Assembly (NCBI GenBank): GCA_965644315.1
Contig: CBFFRQ010000081.1
Location: 248,001-312,000 of the forward strand
DNA: 64,000 nt
Direction of reading: 5' to 3'
DNA from: Caecitellus pseudoparvulus
Lineage: Eukaryota; Protista; Bigyra: Bicosoecida
Positions 1-11,633 of the stretch are shown here, one piece after another. The position numbers and the translations under genes are program-made. Below the pieces are notes generated by a model. That model was not told where the DNA came from and did not search any database. It was given only the letters and a program-made list of their open reading frames with translations. Position 1 is the first letter of the stretch. Each line of letters starts with the position of its first letter.

Positions 1-3000
1 CCCCACCAAGCCCACCCATGCCTGTGCATCGGGCAGACTCACTGACCATGTCAACGGCGCTGTGCCGGTGTTCCGCACCAGCACCTGCACAGTGGACACG
101 TCAGTCGGCGCCAAGGTCTGGTGCAAGGAAGCGGGCACCACACTCAGCCGAGGCGCCTGCACCACCAACGTGATGGGGATTGACACGCCCGGCACATCGG
201 ACACGCTGCGGCGACCAGGCAGCGCAGGCACAGAGGATGATAGCGCCACCAACGACACCACGCCTCGGTACGTGCCACCTGCCAGCCCGCCTGGGGACAG
301 CACAACAGTCACGGACCGATCTCCTGAGCCGATCGGCGCAGTCACTGCCGCCAGACCCACCCATGCCCCGCCACCCCCACGACCGACCACCGTCACAGAC
401 CACGTCACGTGTGCAGGGGCCTGCACAGGGATGCTGCGAGTCACAGGAGCCACGGCTGGCCCAGCTTGTGCCTCCACCTGCACAGCGCTCACTGTGCTGC
501 GCAGGTATGGCAGCGGGGCTGGCGAACGGGATGCACTGGGCCGTGGCGGCGCACCTGCTGACTGACTTGGCAAAGGCGTGCTGGCCCCTGATGGCGTTGG
601 CGCCGGGCTGGACGATGCACTGGGCACCACCAACGGGGATGTGCTGGGCGCTGCCACGCCGCCTGGTCGCACTGTCAACGGCACAGCCCCAGTGCCCATG
701 TTGACACCGGCAGCCACCACATCGACCACCACGTACACTGTCACAGCGCTGCCTTGAGGTGGGGACGGCACACCATCGCCGCCATCGACGACCAGTGACA
801 CGTCCCAGTACTGTGTGCCGCCACCTCCACCAAGTGCCGCGGCCTGCACAGCTGCCTTGACCCACGTGATCGGGGCGGAGCACAAGGCTGCTTGGCTGGC
901 CAAGCCTGGGCACATGATGGACTGCACTGTCACGGTAGGTGCAGCTGTGCCAGCCCGGCTGAGGGCAATGGTGTCACTGCTGAGAATAGTGCCCGCACTT
1001 GCTCCTTGGGATGTGGACCTGGAGCGGAGGAATGTGGTTTGAGGGGGCAGTCCAGGGACAGGTGTGGGTGTGGCAGGAGACAGCCATGTGAGGGTGGGGG
1101 GAGAGGAGGATGAAGGTGAGGGGGTGGTCGAAGGAGGGGCAGAAGCAGTGCTGGATGGTGAAGGCGAGCGTGATTGAGAGGCACTCGGTGTGCCCGAGAT
1201 CGAACTGGTGGCACTGCCAGTCACCGTGGTGCTCGTGCTGGGTGTGGCGCTCACTGCTGCACTGCTGGTGGCTGTGCCTGAGGCCCCGCTTGTTGGAGTC
1301 CCACTGCTTGTGGAACTTTGCGAAGGTGAGCGCGAAGCCGACGGGGAGTGCGAGGAGGTGGTGGAAGGCGATCTCGAGCTTGTTATGGATGAAGAGGGGG
1401 TCGCGGATGAGGTCGCCGTCATGGAGGAAGTGGCCGACACGGATGCAGTTTGAGATGGCGTGCCCGTGCTCGTCATGGAAGGCGTACTGGTCGCTGAAGG
1501 CGATGGCGTGGACGTGGGTGAACTTGTTTGGGAAGAAGTGCTTGTTGCGGAGGAAGTAGGCGTGAACGTCGGCGTTTCACTCGACGAAGGAGTGGGAGTC
1601 ACAGACGAGGAGGCAGTTGCTGACGTGCTTGGCGAAGAGCCTGATGACAAACTTGCTGTCGGAGAGGCTGTTGAGCTTGCAGTCTGACTTGCTGTTGAAG
1701 TGGGTGTTGGCGACGAAGTTGGGGAAGAAGTCTCACTCGGTGACGGAGTGGACGTGGAAGTTGCCGTGGCCGAGACGGTGCCAGACACAGACGGCGTGGG
1801 CGACGCTGTCGGTGTTGGACTTGGAGATGGTATGCACGTGTCCACTCCTGCCGACAAAACGGGCTTGAACAAGTCCACTCGTGGCTCGATGAACTGCCCC
1901 CTTCTGAACGAGTCATCACTGCGCAGGCCAGGCACGGCCATCTCACAAATGTAGCGATGCAGGCTCGCACATGAAGTATCCTCCAAAAGACCATCCTTCA
2001 GTACCACACACTCTCCGTCGGAAGTCCCTGGGTCCTCAGGAGCACCACCTTCGAAGCTGTTGAACTGGTGCTCTGGGGCTGTAGATCCAGTGCGCATGAT
2101 CGTGCCATCTCCACGAGTGTACTCGTGCTCCCCAAGCACCGCCGCTGAGTACGTCAAGGATGTGAACCATTCAACGCTGTCCTCTCCCGTGACATGCTCT
2201 GCCCAGCGCTCAACTCGATCAACCTCAACACTCGAGCGCGGCGCCCACAGCATGGCTGTTTCTGATCCGCCCAAGCCCGGGTCTGAGCATGTTGCAGCTG
2301 CAGCTGAACGGGGAACCTGACTGTTGAAGGCTTTGTAGCATTTGATCGTTGGCACGGAGGAGTCCTCTTGCCGCGAGGAAACCATGCTCCAGCCGACTGG
2401 GCATGCAGTGTGGGCAGGAGCCTCGCACATGGCCGCGTGAGATGCAGAGCATGCAACTGACTGAAAATCATCTCCAGGATTGAGTAAAACAACCCTCTTG
2501 TACACAGTGCATGGCTCACCAGAGTCCGGGTGTCCGCTATCGTAGTTTGCGTACCACTGGGGCTGCCCTGAATCCCAGCGCATGTTGAGTTGGTTTGAGG
2601 AGTCGGATCCAGGCAGCGCCGTGTACCCGACATGAAAGCGAGCAGTGAAACCAGAAACACCAGAGATATGATCCGCAACAGTTGTGTACGCTGACAAAGT
2701 GTTCATGGATACCAAGGCTGCCTCGTCGGTCAAAGACAGGCACTCTGCTGCCGCCTCGTCCTTGCGCTCAGAAACATCCAGCGCCTCATAGCACTGCCTC
2801 ATGTGTGTAAGTCCAAATGCTGGCCCGCAACCCTCCGATATCGCGCCGACTCCGGGCCGCAGCTCCACCCAGTCAACCCCCGCTGGCCTCCAACACAGCC
2901 CCTTTCGACTTCCGGAGCTGGCCAACGTCACGCCTCCACTTCCCGTGTCGAACACGCCCTGTCGGTTGGAGGTTGGAGAAGGCACATCTCCCACGTGTCC

Positions 3001-5452
3001 AGATGCAAACGGCACGCCCTCCACACTGTGCCGCCCCGCATGCAGCTCCACACCACTGCGAGGCCCGCTCGCCTCCCCCACACCCACCCAGTACTCTGTG
3101 CTAGCAGGCAGAAAGTCCAACAGCCCCACAGTCATGGCGTGGGTCGTGGGTGTCGCCAGCGTCGCGCCATTGGCCAGACATACGTCCAGCGTGTCGCTCC
3201 AGCTCGCAGCGGAGGCTGTCGCGGCAATGCAGCCCTGCCTCCAGAACGCCCAAACGCCATCACACGCCTTGGCTGGCTCCACGCTGCACACAAAGGACGC
3301 ATGGCTGTCCTCGTGCAGCGGCACCCACACAGGCCACTCGTCAGCCACTGCTGCCAGCCCGCCACTGCTGCTGTAGCCACATGAACTGCCTGGGCAGTGC
3401 GCTGGGTGGTGTGCATCCGACAACGCTGAGCCGTTGCTGGACCACACAAACTGGGCCCCGTCATCCTCCACACCCAGCCACCATGCCGTCGTGTTCACAC
3501 CACTGCCCGAGTCAAAAGCTTCGGCTCGGCCCGTGGTCAGGGCGTGGTGGGCCAAGGCTGCATAGGGCGAGTTCAAGTTGGCCAGGTCTGTGCCGCCCCA
3601 GGCCTGGCACACCTTCCGGGCGTCGGCCAGAGAGCCAGAGAAGTCAGCCCGCCGCGGCTGTGCGAAGGTCGCCCCCCACTCCTCCAGCGCCTCGGCCTGC
3701 ACGTCACTGGACAGCGCCCAGCACTGGCCCAGCACCGGCCACCACCCCTGCGCACAGGCAAGCATGCCGCCCTCCCCCTCATACTCCGGCCGCAAACACA
3801 CCACCCCCGCCGGCACATCCCCCACATTGCTCGCCTCCACACTGCTGCCATCCACAGCTGACACTTGCAGGTACGCTGCACCGACATCCCCGGCGCCATC
3901 GAAGGTCAGACTCCCAGTGGCCACACTGGCGCCAGTGTGCCATGAAACAAAACCCGTATCTCCGCCCAGCCGAGCTGCTGCCGTCCACACCGCCTTCGGT
4001 GCTCCGCTGTCGTGTGCAGGCAGCACGCCAAGCCGCAGCAGCGCACCGAACAGTCCACTCGCACCGGCCTCGTCAGCAGGCGGCAGCATGCCCTCCACGC
4101 TGTGGCACGCCTGCAGTGCGCGCTGCATGGACGCCACACCACTGGCCACATACCGTGCACACATGTGCTGGTCCTGCAGCCACACCCAGCCAGGGGCACA
4201 CTTTCCGTGCACATCCCCCGTCCCCGCCCGCAGAGACTCACACACAGGCACAGCGGACGCAGCACAAGGCATGGGCTCCAGCCCGCCCCCATCCACCAGC
4301 CCCATGCACCGCTGGCAGTGCCACGGCGATGCAGGCGGCGACAGACTGCGTCCGAAGGGTGCTGCGCCGCTGTCAGCGCGCCAGCTCGCACCGTCGCCCG
4401 ACACCCGCCACGCCCCAGTCCACAGATCGCCTGAGCCCATGGCAGTGCGCACCCATGCCACCTCCGCAGACGTGTGGGGCGTCCACAGTGTCCCTCCTTC
4501 GCTCGCACAGGCCGCCTGTGCGGCGGACCAGTCTGCTGCGCCACCTCCCGCGCTCCAGATGGGCTTGGGCAAGGCAGGCGAGCCTGGCACCTCCCACACC
4601 GTCACCGTCACCTGGCACAAAGCAGCCGATGCAGCAGAGGCATCTCCACAGCCTGTGAAGCAGTGTGCAGTGCAGGGTGTGAGCCAAGTCGCTTCAGCAT
4701 CGCTGGGGGCAGGAGCACTGAAGCGGTCCCAGTCGTCACTCACGAGCGTAGTGCCACCTGTCTGAATCAGTGGGGTCCATGTAGAAGCAGTCCCCCTCAA
4801 ACTCGCCTGATGTGCGCTCCCAGAAGGCGCCCGTGCCTAGGGCAGGCGTCACACTCTCGTAGTTGCTGTACCCTCGCCCAGAGGGGCTCGTCCCGTCAAC
4901 CCACACGGGGCGGTCCTCTGCGACAGGCACGAAGCACAGAGCACAGTGCAGTTGAGCGGCAGCACACCCAGCCCAGACTCCAACCAGGCCTGGCACAGAA
5001 CACTACATGGCCTCAGCGTGCACGTACCAGTGCGGATGTCTGTCAGGCCCACCCACGCCTTGCTAACGACGAGGCTGGAGACAGCCGAGGCGGTGGAGCT
5101 GTCAGGGATGACGGCCAGGGTGGCGCCTGGCGCCTCTGCAGCACAAGCAGCCGACGCGCCATACCAAGTGGAGATGCCAGATGGAATATACCCGTAGCAG
5201 TGTGAGCCCAGCGTTGTCCAGCCTGCCGGGCATGCCGTCTGCGGGGCGCTGCGAACCTGCAAAACCCGGCGTGCAGGAAGGGCAGTGCAGTGATCGAAGG
5301 GCGGCGTTTGTGCTGGAATTCGTGACGCGTCGACTCCATGCACCAGAGCTCACGCATGCCAGGTCTGAAGCACACTATGACATCCACCACTGAGCCACTT
5401 CACGCACCTGAACGAGGATGGCCAGCGCGGCAAGGCTTGAAAGCCTCCACAT
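1..5452 (-). CDS. Large secreted/surface protein: signal peptide, about 7 C-type lectin-like domains, Ser/Thr/Pro mucin-like stalk, Ig/BACON-like domains (3' end runs off the window)
   Basis: Exons 5452-5408 (MWRLSSLAALAILVQ), 5256-5028 (CPAGW..CYGY..W..A..AC..WVGLTD), 4917-4744 and 4652-<1, all joined by GT-AG introns. I scanned the last exon codon by codon and found no stop in about 1550 codons, which is why the ORF track omits it. It has repeated CxxGW/CY/xCE CTLD signatures and VLVRNTGTAPLTWSV..W near the window edge. Confidence 0.85.
1040..1830 (-). repeat. Low-complexity S/T/P-rich mucin-like coding segment
   Basis: Minus-strand translation reads SPSPTPTASPTPSVSGTVSATATSTSTPS... for about 260 aa inside the lectin gene. 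Confidence 0.85.
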
Positions 5453-6393
5453 TGCCGACACAAGAAACGCCCTGCCAGCTACGGCAGAGCTGTCTTCGAT
5501 GGCCTCTTCCCAGCGCTAGAGTGCTCGGGGGCAGCCTGGTATGAATTTATCCACCGCAGATGTGTCCAAGTTCATGCTACGCGCTGTTGTTTTCGCAGAT
5601 TTGCTCAGCGGCGGTGCGTGCGGCGCCAACACGCTGAGCAAGAGCGGTGGGGGCTGCCTACTTTCGCCCAGCCTGGTTGGCGAACTCCACGTCAACGAAG
5701 CCGCCCTGCCGTTGTGAAGGCTTCATGACTTCGTCGGCATGGTTCTAGCGACCTCCCTCGCTTTACATCAGTTCAAAGGGCTCCCGTCCTGCTTCGCGCC
5801 TCACTTGGCGCTGTAAAGGTGGCCCTGCGGCACGTTTCCCGATGCGGAAAATGGCGGTCGGCTTGTGGGCCGGTCGACCGCATGCCCACTGCATGGGACG
5901 ATCTCCCGGGCACTCAAGACTCTACGCAGGCATGCACTGTCAAGACGAAGTAACGCACATGCACAGGCGCCAGCCTTGCGCATTGTCGCCTTCGCGCCGC
6001 GGTTGGCAGAGCAGGCCGGGACAGGTGTGACCGGCAGGAGCTGGGTTGGTGCAGAGCCTCCTCCTCCAAGCAAGTGTTTCCCACCGCGGGAAAAAGCCTG
6101 GTCACTCATGAAGCCTCCCCATGAGTTCAAGCAGCAACCGAACGGAGATTCCGCGCTGTTTCGATGCCTGTGCTCGCCACACATCGCTGTGCAGGCCAGG
6201 GAGCATGCGCACAGTGCAGCGGCGCTTTCACCCATTCTTCCGCTCTGCCGCGGGGTCGTCTCCCGAGCACGGCGCGCACAACTCAGAGCAGAGCCTGACA
6301 AACTTCGGCCTGGTTCTCTTTCGCCCTTCCCATGTGCTGTCAAGGAGTGTAAGGGCTGAATGCTTGATGTTCCTTTGCGGCAGCAGCAAGACG

Positions 6394-8760
6394 TCACGAG
6401 TCAGTTGAAGTGGGCTGCGTGCCGGCGCTCCGGCCTCGCTGGGGCTTGCCTGACTGGGGCGTGTCCAGTCCAGGGTTCTGTGACGTGAATACTCCACCCA
6501 TTCGAATCATGAGATCAGGCACGCCGCCCCACGCCTGGCAAGCGGCCGCCGACAGAGGCGGAAGTGAAGTGCTCTCTGCTTGGGCACCGCGCCCCGTTGC
6601 TGGGGCACAATCTGCCGCTGCCTCTGTCCGGCTGCTGGACTCTACCAGGGCCGCTGCTTCCTCCCCATCTTGCGCTGCCGCCGCACCGTTTGCGGCGGGA
6701 TCTGTGGGCTCACTTTTCCGCTCACGTTCGACTGATGACGAGGCAGCGGTAAGGCGCATGCTGGGCCTGCCGTCGCCCGACCCAGGATCGAGGCACAGCC
6801 CAACACTTGCCAACCAGTCAGAGACCGGCATGGCATCCCCGAGACCGTACGCGTCCTGCGTGGCACTCGCCGTGCCATCGCCTGCCAACACCGACCACAT
6901 GCGGCGAGTGGAAAGGGCTTGCTCCCGCTCTGCAACCAGTGAGGCGTGTTCTCGAAACGTTGCCCGCCCTGCTCGAGTCCACAGGTGCCACGCAAGGGGT
7001 TGGCCAGGCGCAAAAATGTGCACTCCGTGCGTTGCCAAGCGTGCAGCACCGAGCGTTTCTTCGCCGAAGAAGACATGGCGAAGGGCAGGGTCAAACGGCA
7101 CGCGCTGCAGCACCTCTGCGCGCTGAAACGAGAGGCCAGCTGCCCACCAGCGTGCTGGAAACGGGGGGGCGGCAGTGCCAAGCATATCTTGGAGTGCTTG
7201 GCGCCCCAGCAACTCTGCCATGGCCTTTCGGTGCTGCAGCGGCACCCTCACGTGCGAACCCCGAAACCGGGGCCAGCCGTCAGACCCAATGCACCGCAGA
7301 TCCATACGCAGTGGCGTGGTCACGTCCAGTTTCGGCACGCTGTACTCATATGCGGGGGGCGTGCTTGCTGTGGTGCCAGTCACTTCAAACCCTGCCGGGT
7401 AGCTGCTGAGCAAACACCCGTTGCAAGCAGGGTGCAGCGCAGCTGCGGCGGCCTCGGCCACTGCCAGCTGCGCCTTGGCGACGCGGTCCCATCCGGGGAC
7501 CATGCGCATGTGGCTGTCCAGGCACAGCACAAAATCCTCCCCCTGCCACAGGCTGTGCGCCAGATGCCGTGCCCAGACCGGGCCAGCGGCACAGGCAGCG
7601 GGTAGGGTCAGCACACGCACATGGCTGGTGTTCAGGAACGGAACAGCCCGTGCCAGGGCTTCGTGTGGGAGGCTGGCCCCAGGTCGCGGGGGCAGGTCGC
7701 GCCGCACGTCGAGGTGGTCGTCGTCGTCTGGCGCGAGCTGCTGCACCACGCCGACGAACACTGCCGAGGGGTTCTCTGCTGTGGCGAAGAGGTCCCACAG
7801 TGTGGCACGGGCCTGGGGGTCGCGGTAGGCTGGGATGGAGACGAAGATGGCGCCGGGCGGAATGGCTGTTGTTGCCGCAGGGGCTGGTGGGGTTGCAGGC
7901 ACAAGTGCTGGTGGGGGGGAGGGGAGGGTGGTGGTGGGCGATGCGGCGCCTGCCGCCGGCTCGCCACGGTACGCGCCTGTACCATACAGCCAGCACGTGA
8001 GGGCCCAGCGCGGGGCATGGGCGGGCTGTACCTCGTGTCGCACAGTGTGGCTGTCGAAAACGACCACCCGGCCGCCAGCCGGCGTCACACAGCTGGCGGG
8101 CTCGTGCTCAACCGAAGGGTCCCCACAGACATCGAGACCGATAAGGTTCAGGGCCCCTCCTTGCCTCTCCTGCCAGCCGTCGTTGAGGTACAAGATGCAG
8201 GTGGCCTGCCGAATGCACTCGCCCGGCGTGGCGGGTGGGAAGGCGTCGATGTGGGCTGCATACCTCGTGCCGCCGCCAGGGTAGCACGCCAGCTGGATGC
8301 TGAGCTTGTCAGCGCACTTCAGCTGTGGGCTGCTCTCCCGCACAGCCTGTGCGAGGTCGTCCAGGAGCTGGAAAGCAGGGGCGAAGGCGGCTGGGATGCC
8401 TTCAAATTCCGCAGGCTCGCCAGCCGGTCCGGCGCCGGCTGCTGCTTCGGCCCGCCACGCCTTCCACGCCTTGAATGCGGGGGTGATCCAGGTAGTGTGG
8501 TCACCTCGCGCACTGCGAGCTTCCCAGGCTTGCGAGTCCCTGCCCATGCCAGCCTGGGAAAGGCTGCCAGCTTCCTGCAGAGCTGATGCGGCGCACGCGA
8601 CGGCTCGGACATCAGCTGCCGGCAGGGCACCGTCGATGACGAGGCCCTGTGCACGACCTCCACGCCAAGCAGGGGTCTGAACATTCCCAAAAGCACTCCA
8701 GGGGGTTGCCACTCGCGGCGGGCCCGTGGGCTGCGCCTCGTCGCCCGTCAAAAACTGCAT
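6394..8760 (-). CDS. Fusion of a PHD/EGLN/PhyA-type 2OG-Fe(II) prolyl 4-hydroxylase and a GT60 (Gnt1-like) hydroxyproline GlcNAc-transferase
   Basis: One uninterrupted ORF, likely start MQFLTG at 8760. N-domain motifs: RGDHTTWI, LACYPGGGTRYAAHID, TCILYLNDGW, GGAL, HEV, RWALTCW. A Pro/Ala/Thr linker follows. C-domain motifs: IFVSIPAYRD, GPVWARH, LDSHMR..GWD, LSSYP, WAAGLSF, PFDP..FFGEE, AWHLW. Confidence 0.9.
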   Translation of the reverse strand: MQFLTGDEAQPTGPPRVATPWSAFGNVQTPAWRGGRAQGLVIDGALPAADVRAVACAASALQEAGSLSQAGMGRDSQAWEARSARGDHTTWITPAFKAWKAWRAEAAAGAGPAGEPAEFEGIPAAFAPAFQLLDDLAQAVRESSPQLKCADKLSIQLACYPGGGTRYAAHIDAFPPATPGECIRQATCILYLNDGWQERQGGALNLIGLDVCGDPSVEHEPASCVTPAGGRVVVFDSHTVRHEVQPAHAPRWALTCWLYGTGAYRGEPAAGAASPTTTLPSPPPALVPATPPAPAATTAIPPGAIFVSIPAYRDPQARATLWDLFATAENPSAVFVGVVQQLAPDDDDHLDVRRDLPPRPGASLPHEALARAVPFLNTSHVRVLTLPAACAAGPVWARHLAHSLWQGEDFVLCLDSHMRMVPGWDRVAKAQLAVAEAAAAALHPACNGCLLSSYPAGFEVTGTTASTPPAYEYSVPKLDVTTPLRMDLRCIGSDGWPRFRGSHVRVPLQHRKAMAELLGRQALQDMLGTAAPPFPARWWAAGLSFQRAEVLQRVPFDPALRHVFFGEETLGAARLATHGVHIFAPGQPLAWHLWTRAGRATFREHASLVAEREQALSTRRMWSVLAGDGTASATQDAYGLGDAMPVSDWLASVGLCLDPGSGDGRPSMRLTAASSSVERERKSEPTDPAANGAAAAQDGEEAAALVESSSRTEAAADCAPATGRGAQAESTSLPPLSAAACQAWGGVPDLMIRMGGVFTSQNPGLDTPQSGKPQRGRSAGTQPTSTDS

Positions 8761-9028
8761 CGCACCAGGCGAGAGGTTTGCTTCGCCGCTGTGGCAGCGC
8801 ACTCGCGGAGGGGACGAGGCAGCAGCGCGCAAGGCCCTGCATTGGTGTGGACCTGAGTCATTTGCGTGTTTGGCTTTTGCCCTTGCGCGTCTGAATGGCC
8901 TGTCGGCGCTCACGGCAGCGGGCAGGGGCGTTTCACCCCGCACTTGCCTGCTTGCAATTCGACCGGCCTGCTGTCGTTTGTGGGCCGGCACGGTGCGGCA
9001 GGTGCAGCACTGGCCACACATGAAATCC

Positions 9029-11269
9029 CTAGGGGGTGCTTTGCAGCGCCTCGTTGAGTTTTCGGGCCAGGGGCAGGGCTGCCAGGCGTGGCTGTGCTTC
9101 CGTTGCAGCTTCAAGCAGCGCCGCCCACTCAGCCACCGCTTGGCGAAGGGTTGTTCTGACGCACGGCTCGCTGTGCTCTAGCCAGTGGTGCACCGCCCGG
9201 AGCAAGTGCACAGCGTGAAAGTGCAGAGGGGAGGTGGGTGCCAGCGTGATGCACCGGCGCACTGCCGCCTCCACGACATCTTGCACTGTCTTGGAAAGGC
9301 CCGGCGCTGCGGAAAGTGAGCCAGCTTCCGCATGCACCGCCAGGGCTAGCATGCCGTCTGCGCAGTTCATGAGGGCGGGCAACTCAAGAGACGCCGCGCC
9401 TTGTGTGTGCAGCAGGTATTGCGTGATGGCCTCGACGGCATCATGAGCACAGGCGCCAGTCAGGTCGCACAAGCCGACCACGCCGTCGCTCGGCTCTCTG
9501 CCGAATTCGCCGGCCCGCTCACACAGCTCACAGCTGAGCGTGAGATGGCAGCGGGCCACTGTCGGCTTGCCCTGCCGTGTCCACTCTGCCCTGCGCCGCA
9601 GAGTGGCACCCAGCTGTTTCAAGGCGCTGCCCAAGTTGGCAGGCCCGCTTGAGCGCATGTTGCTCCGTAACGCAGCAGCAATACTGGGCACCACTTGCCC
9701 CAGCAGGTCCACTCGCACAGCATGCACTCCATTGGCTGGGGACTGCAGAGCAATTTGCATGGGCACGAGGCCGTGCAGGCCCAGGGTGCGTGTGGTGGCA
9801 AGAAGCAGTCCTGGCATAGCCCACCCCGTGAACAGCAGCGGCGGCGGCGTGTCAGCTTCGCCAGTGGGACGTTCATGTGACAAAACGCGCCGTGCAGCGT
9901 GCAGGGACAGTGCTGCGACCCCTGCGATGCACATGCCCTGAGCCGTGCGAGCGTACTTTGTTCGCATGGCCTCCACTCGGCTGGCAGTGTGCAGGAAGGT
10001 GATGATGCGGGCAGTGGGCAGACTGGCGGCGTGTGTGCGAAACCACACGCGAGACGCGTAGGCGAGGCGCCCAGGCGTGTCATGCCCCTGTGCTGCAGCG
10101 CTCCCTGGGCCCTGCAAGGAGGATGTGTGGTGAATGGCCCCTTGCAGGACGTCTGCCAGGTGCGTGGGTGTCAGCTGGCGAGCGGGGTCTTCTTCCAGCA
10201 GCGTTTCTGTCAGCCCTTGTTGCAAGTCACCGGTGTAGCGCTTCGCGAGACGCGCGCCCAGTGCGGGCAGTTCACCTCTGCCGCGCGCCATGTGAAACGC
10301 AGCAGCCGTCGCCCATGCGCTCTGGCGAAATGAGGGAGCTGTGGACACTTCACTGCGCAGGAGTTGCTGTGTCAGGCGTGTCAGTGCTGCAGTGCGGAGT
10401 TTTTGAGACACCCTGGGTCCTTTCTGCGCCGCAGTCCCGCTGGCAACCGAAGCTGCCGCTGCCGCCAGCATCTCCCCCCCGTCAAGGGGTGGATCCCACT
10501 GCGCACTGTGCACTGTCCAGTCGGACAGCTGCAGGAAGTGGCGCGTGGCTTGGTCTCTGTGCAGCAGGTGACGAACATCCACTCCGACGCGCGAACTGGC
10601 ACCGCCTGCACCGTCAGCAGGTGCACTCAGCGGTGCGCTGGGGTCACTGAGCGCCAGGCACTGCACTGCCACGGTGTACAGGCCTGGTTCCTGCACACTG
10701 TACAGGTGCAGGGCCGCCAAGAGCTGGCAGGCGGTGTGGGGGCGCAGGGTGTGGGGTGGCAGCTGCTGTAGGGCCGAGGCGAGTGTTTGTAGAGCCCCGT
10801 TGAAGGGGGGAGAGGGCCACCTGGGCTGTGCTCGGGCGGCCAGGCACGCAAGGGCTACGTGCGCGAGGTCGTCGGGGTGGGGGTGCTCAGCGGCGCTGCA
10901 GGCAGCTCGGCAGTGTCGAGCCACTTCAGCTGCATGGCGGGCTGACACACCTCCCACTGCCTGCAGAGCCAGGCAGGCAGGCAGGAGGCGGGCCCAGATG
11001 GACAGGCTCAAGGGCTCTGGTGAGGTGGAGAGGAAGGCCAGCAAGGCGTGGCCAGGGCTGCTGTACTCAGGGGGTGGGCTGCTCTCGGGTGCCAGCGGCT
11101 CAGTCTGGTCTGAGCCAGCGCCGCTGGACAGGTGCCTCCAGATTCGCCAGGAAGGCTTCACAAAGGGAAGGGTCGCGGAGATGGGGGCAGGCAGTAGACA
11201 CGCAGTCTGTACCTGTTTATGCTGGCGAGGTTTGAGCGCAGCAGCATGCCTGCGGAGCCCGGCCCACAT
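9029..11269 (-). CDS. Hypothetical Ala/Leu-rich helical protein with a probable mitochondrial transit peptide
   Basis: 746-aa ORF with an Arg-rich, acid-free N-terminus (MWAGLRRH..WRHLSS) and degenerate helical-repeat-like segments. Family not recognised. Confidence 0.65.
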   Translation of the reverse strand: MWAGLRRHAAALKPRQHKQVQTACLLPAPISATLPFVKPSWRIWRHLSSGAGSDQTEPLAPESSPPPEYSSPGHALLAFLSTSPEPLSLSIWARLLPACLALQAVGGVSARHAAEVARHCRAACSAAEHPHPDDLAHVALACLAARAQPRWPSPPFNGALQTLASALQQLPPHTLRPHTACQLLAALHLYSVQEPGLYTVAVQCLALSDPSAPLSAPADGAGGASSRVGVDVRHLLHRDQATRHFLQLSDWTVHSAQWDPPLDGGEMLAAAAASVASGTAAQKGPRVSQKLRTAALTRLTQQLLRSEVSTAPSFRQSAWATAAAFHMARGRGELPALGARLAKRYTGDLQQGLTETLLEEDPARQLTPTHLADVLQGAIHHTSSLQGPGSAAAQGHDTPGRLAYASRVWFRTHAASLPTARIITFLHTASRVEAMRTKYARTAQGMCIAGVAALSLHAARRVLSHERPTGEADTPPPLLFTGWAMPGLLLATTRTLGLHGLVPMQIALQSPANGVHAVRVDLLGQVVPSIAAALRSNMRSSGPANLGSALKQLGATLRRRAEWTRQGKPTVARCHLTLSCELCERAGEFGREPSDGVVGLCDLTGACAHDAVEAITQYLLHTQGAASLELPALMNCADGMLALAVHAEAGSLSAAPGLSKTVQDVVEAAVRRCITLAPTSPLHFHAVHLLRAVHHWLEHSEPCVRTTLRQAVAEWAALLEAATEAQPRLAALPLARKLNEALQSTP

Positions 11270-11633
11270 GCTGGAGCGTGCGGAAATTGCTGCTTCAGGC
11301 GCACCGCTTCACAGCCTTCGATCGAACCAAAGCGGGACCCCTACAGACCTCCTGACAGATATGCTATGTATTTCATGATATAGTCCCCGGCAGGCGGTGG
11401 GGGGCCAGTCTAAATTGCGCCCCCCGAGCATCCGTCGTGCCGCAACTCGGCAAGCCTTCAACCCTCCCTCGCACGGCCCCGAGGGCGGGCACAGAAGAAA
11501 ACCCGCTGCCAAAACTCGACACCTATCTTCTGGCTCCCACGCACGTCTGTCCTTTCTGTGCGCACCGGGCTCACGGCTTCAGGGCTGAGCCACAGGCCGC
11601 AGCCGCGGCCTTGAGCGTGCCAGCTGTCACACC

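Noticed and set aside
2154-2678. ORF beginning with a signal-peptide-like MRIISLVFLVSLLAF
   Set aside because: Non-ATG start in an alternative frame inside the continuous lectin exon.
5801-6397. 164-198 aa ORFs on both strands
   Set aside because: No recognisable motifs or codon bias, so a CDS call cannot be supported.
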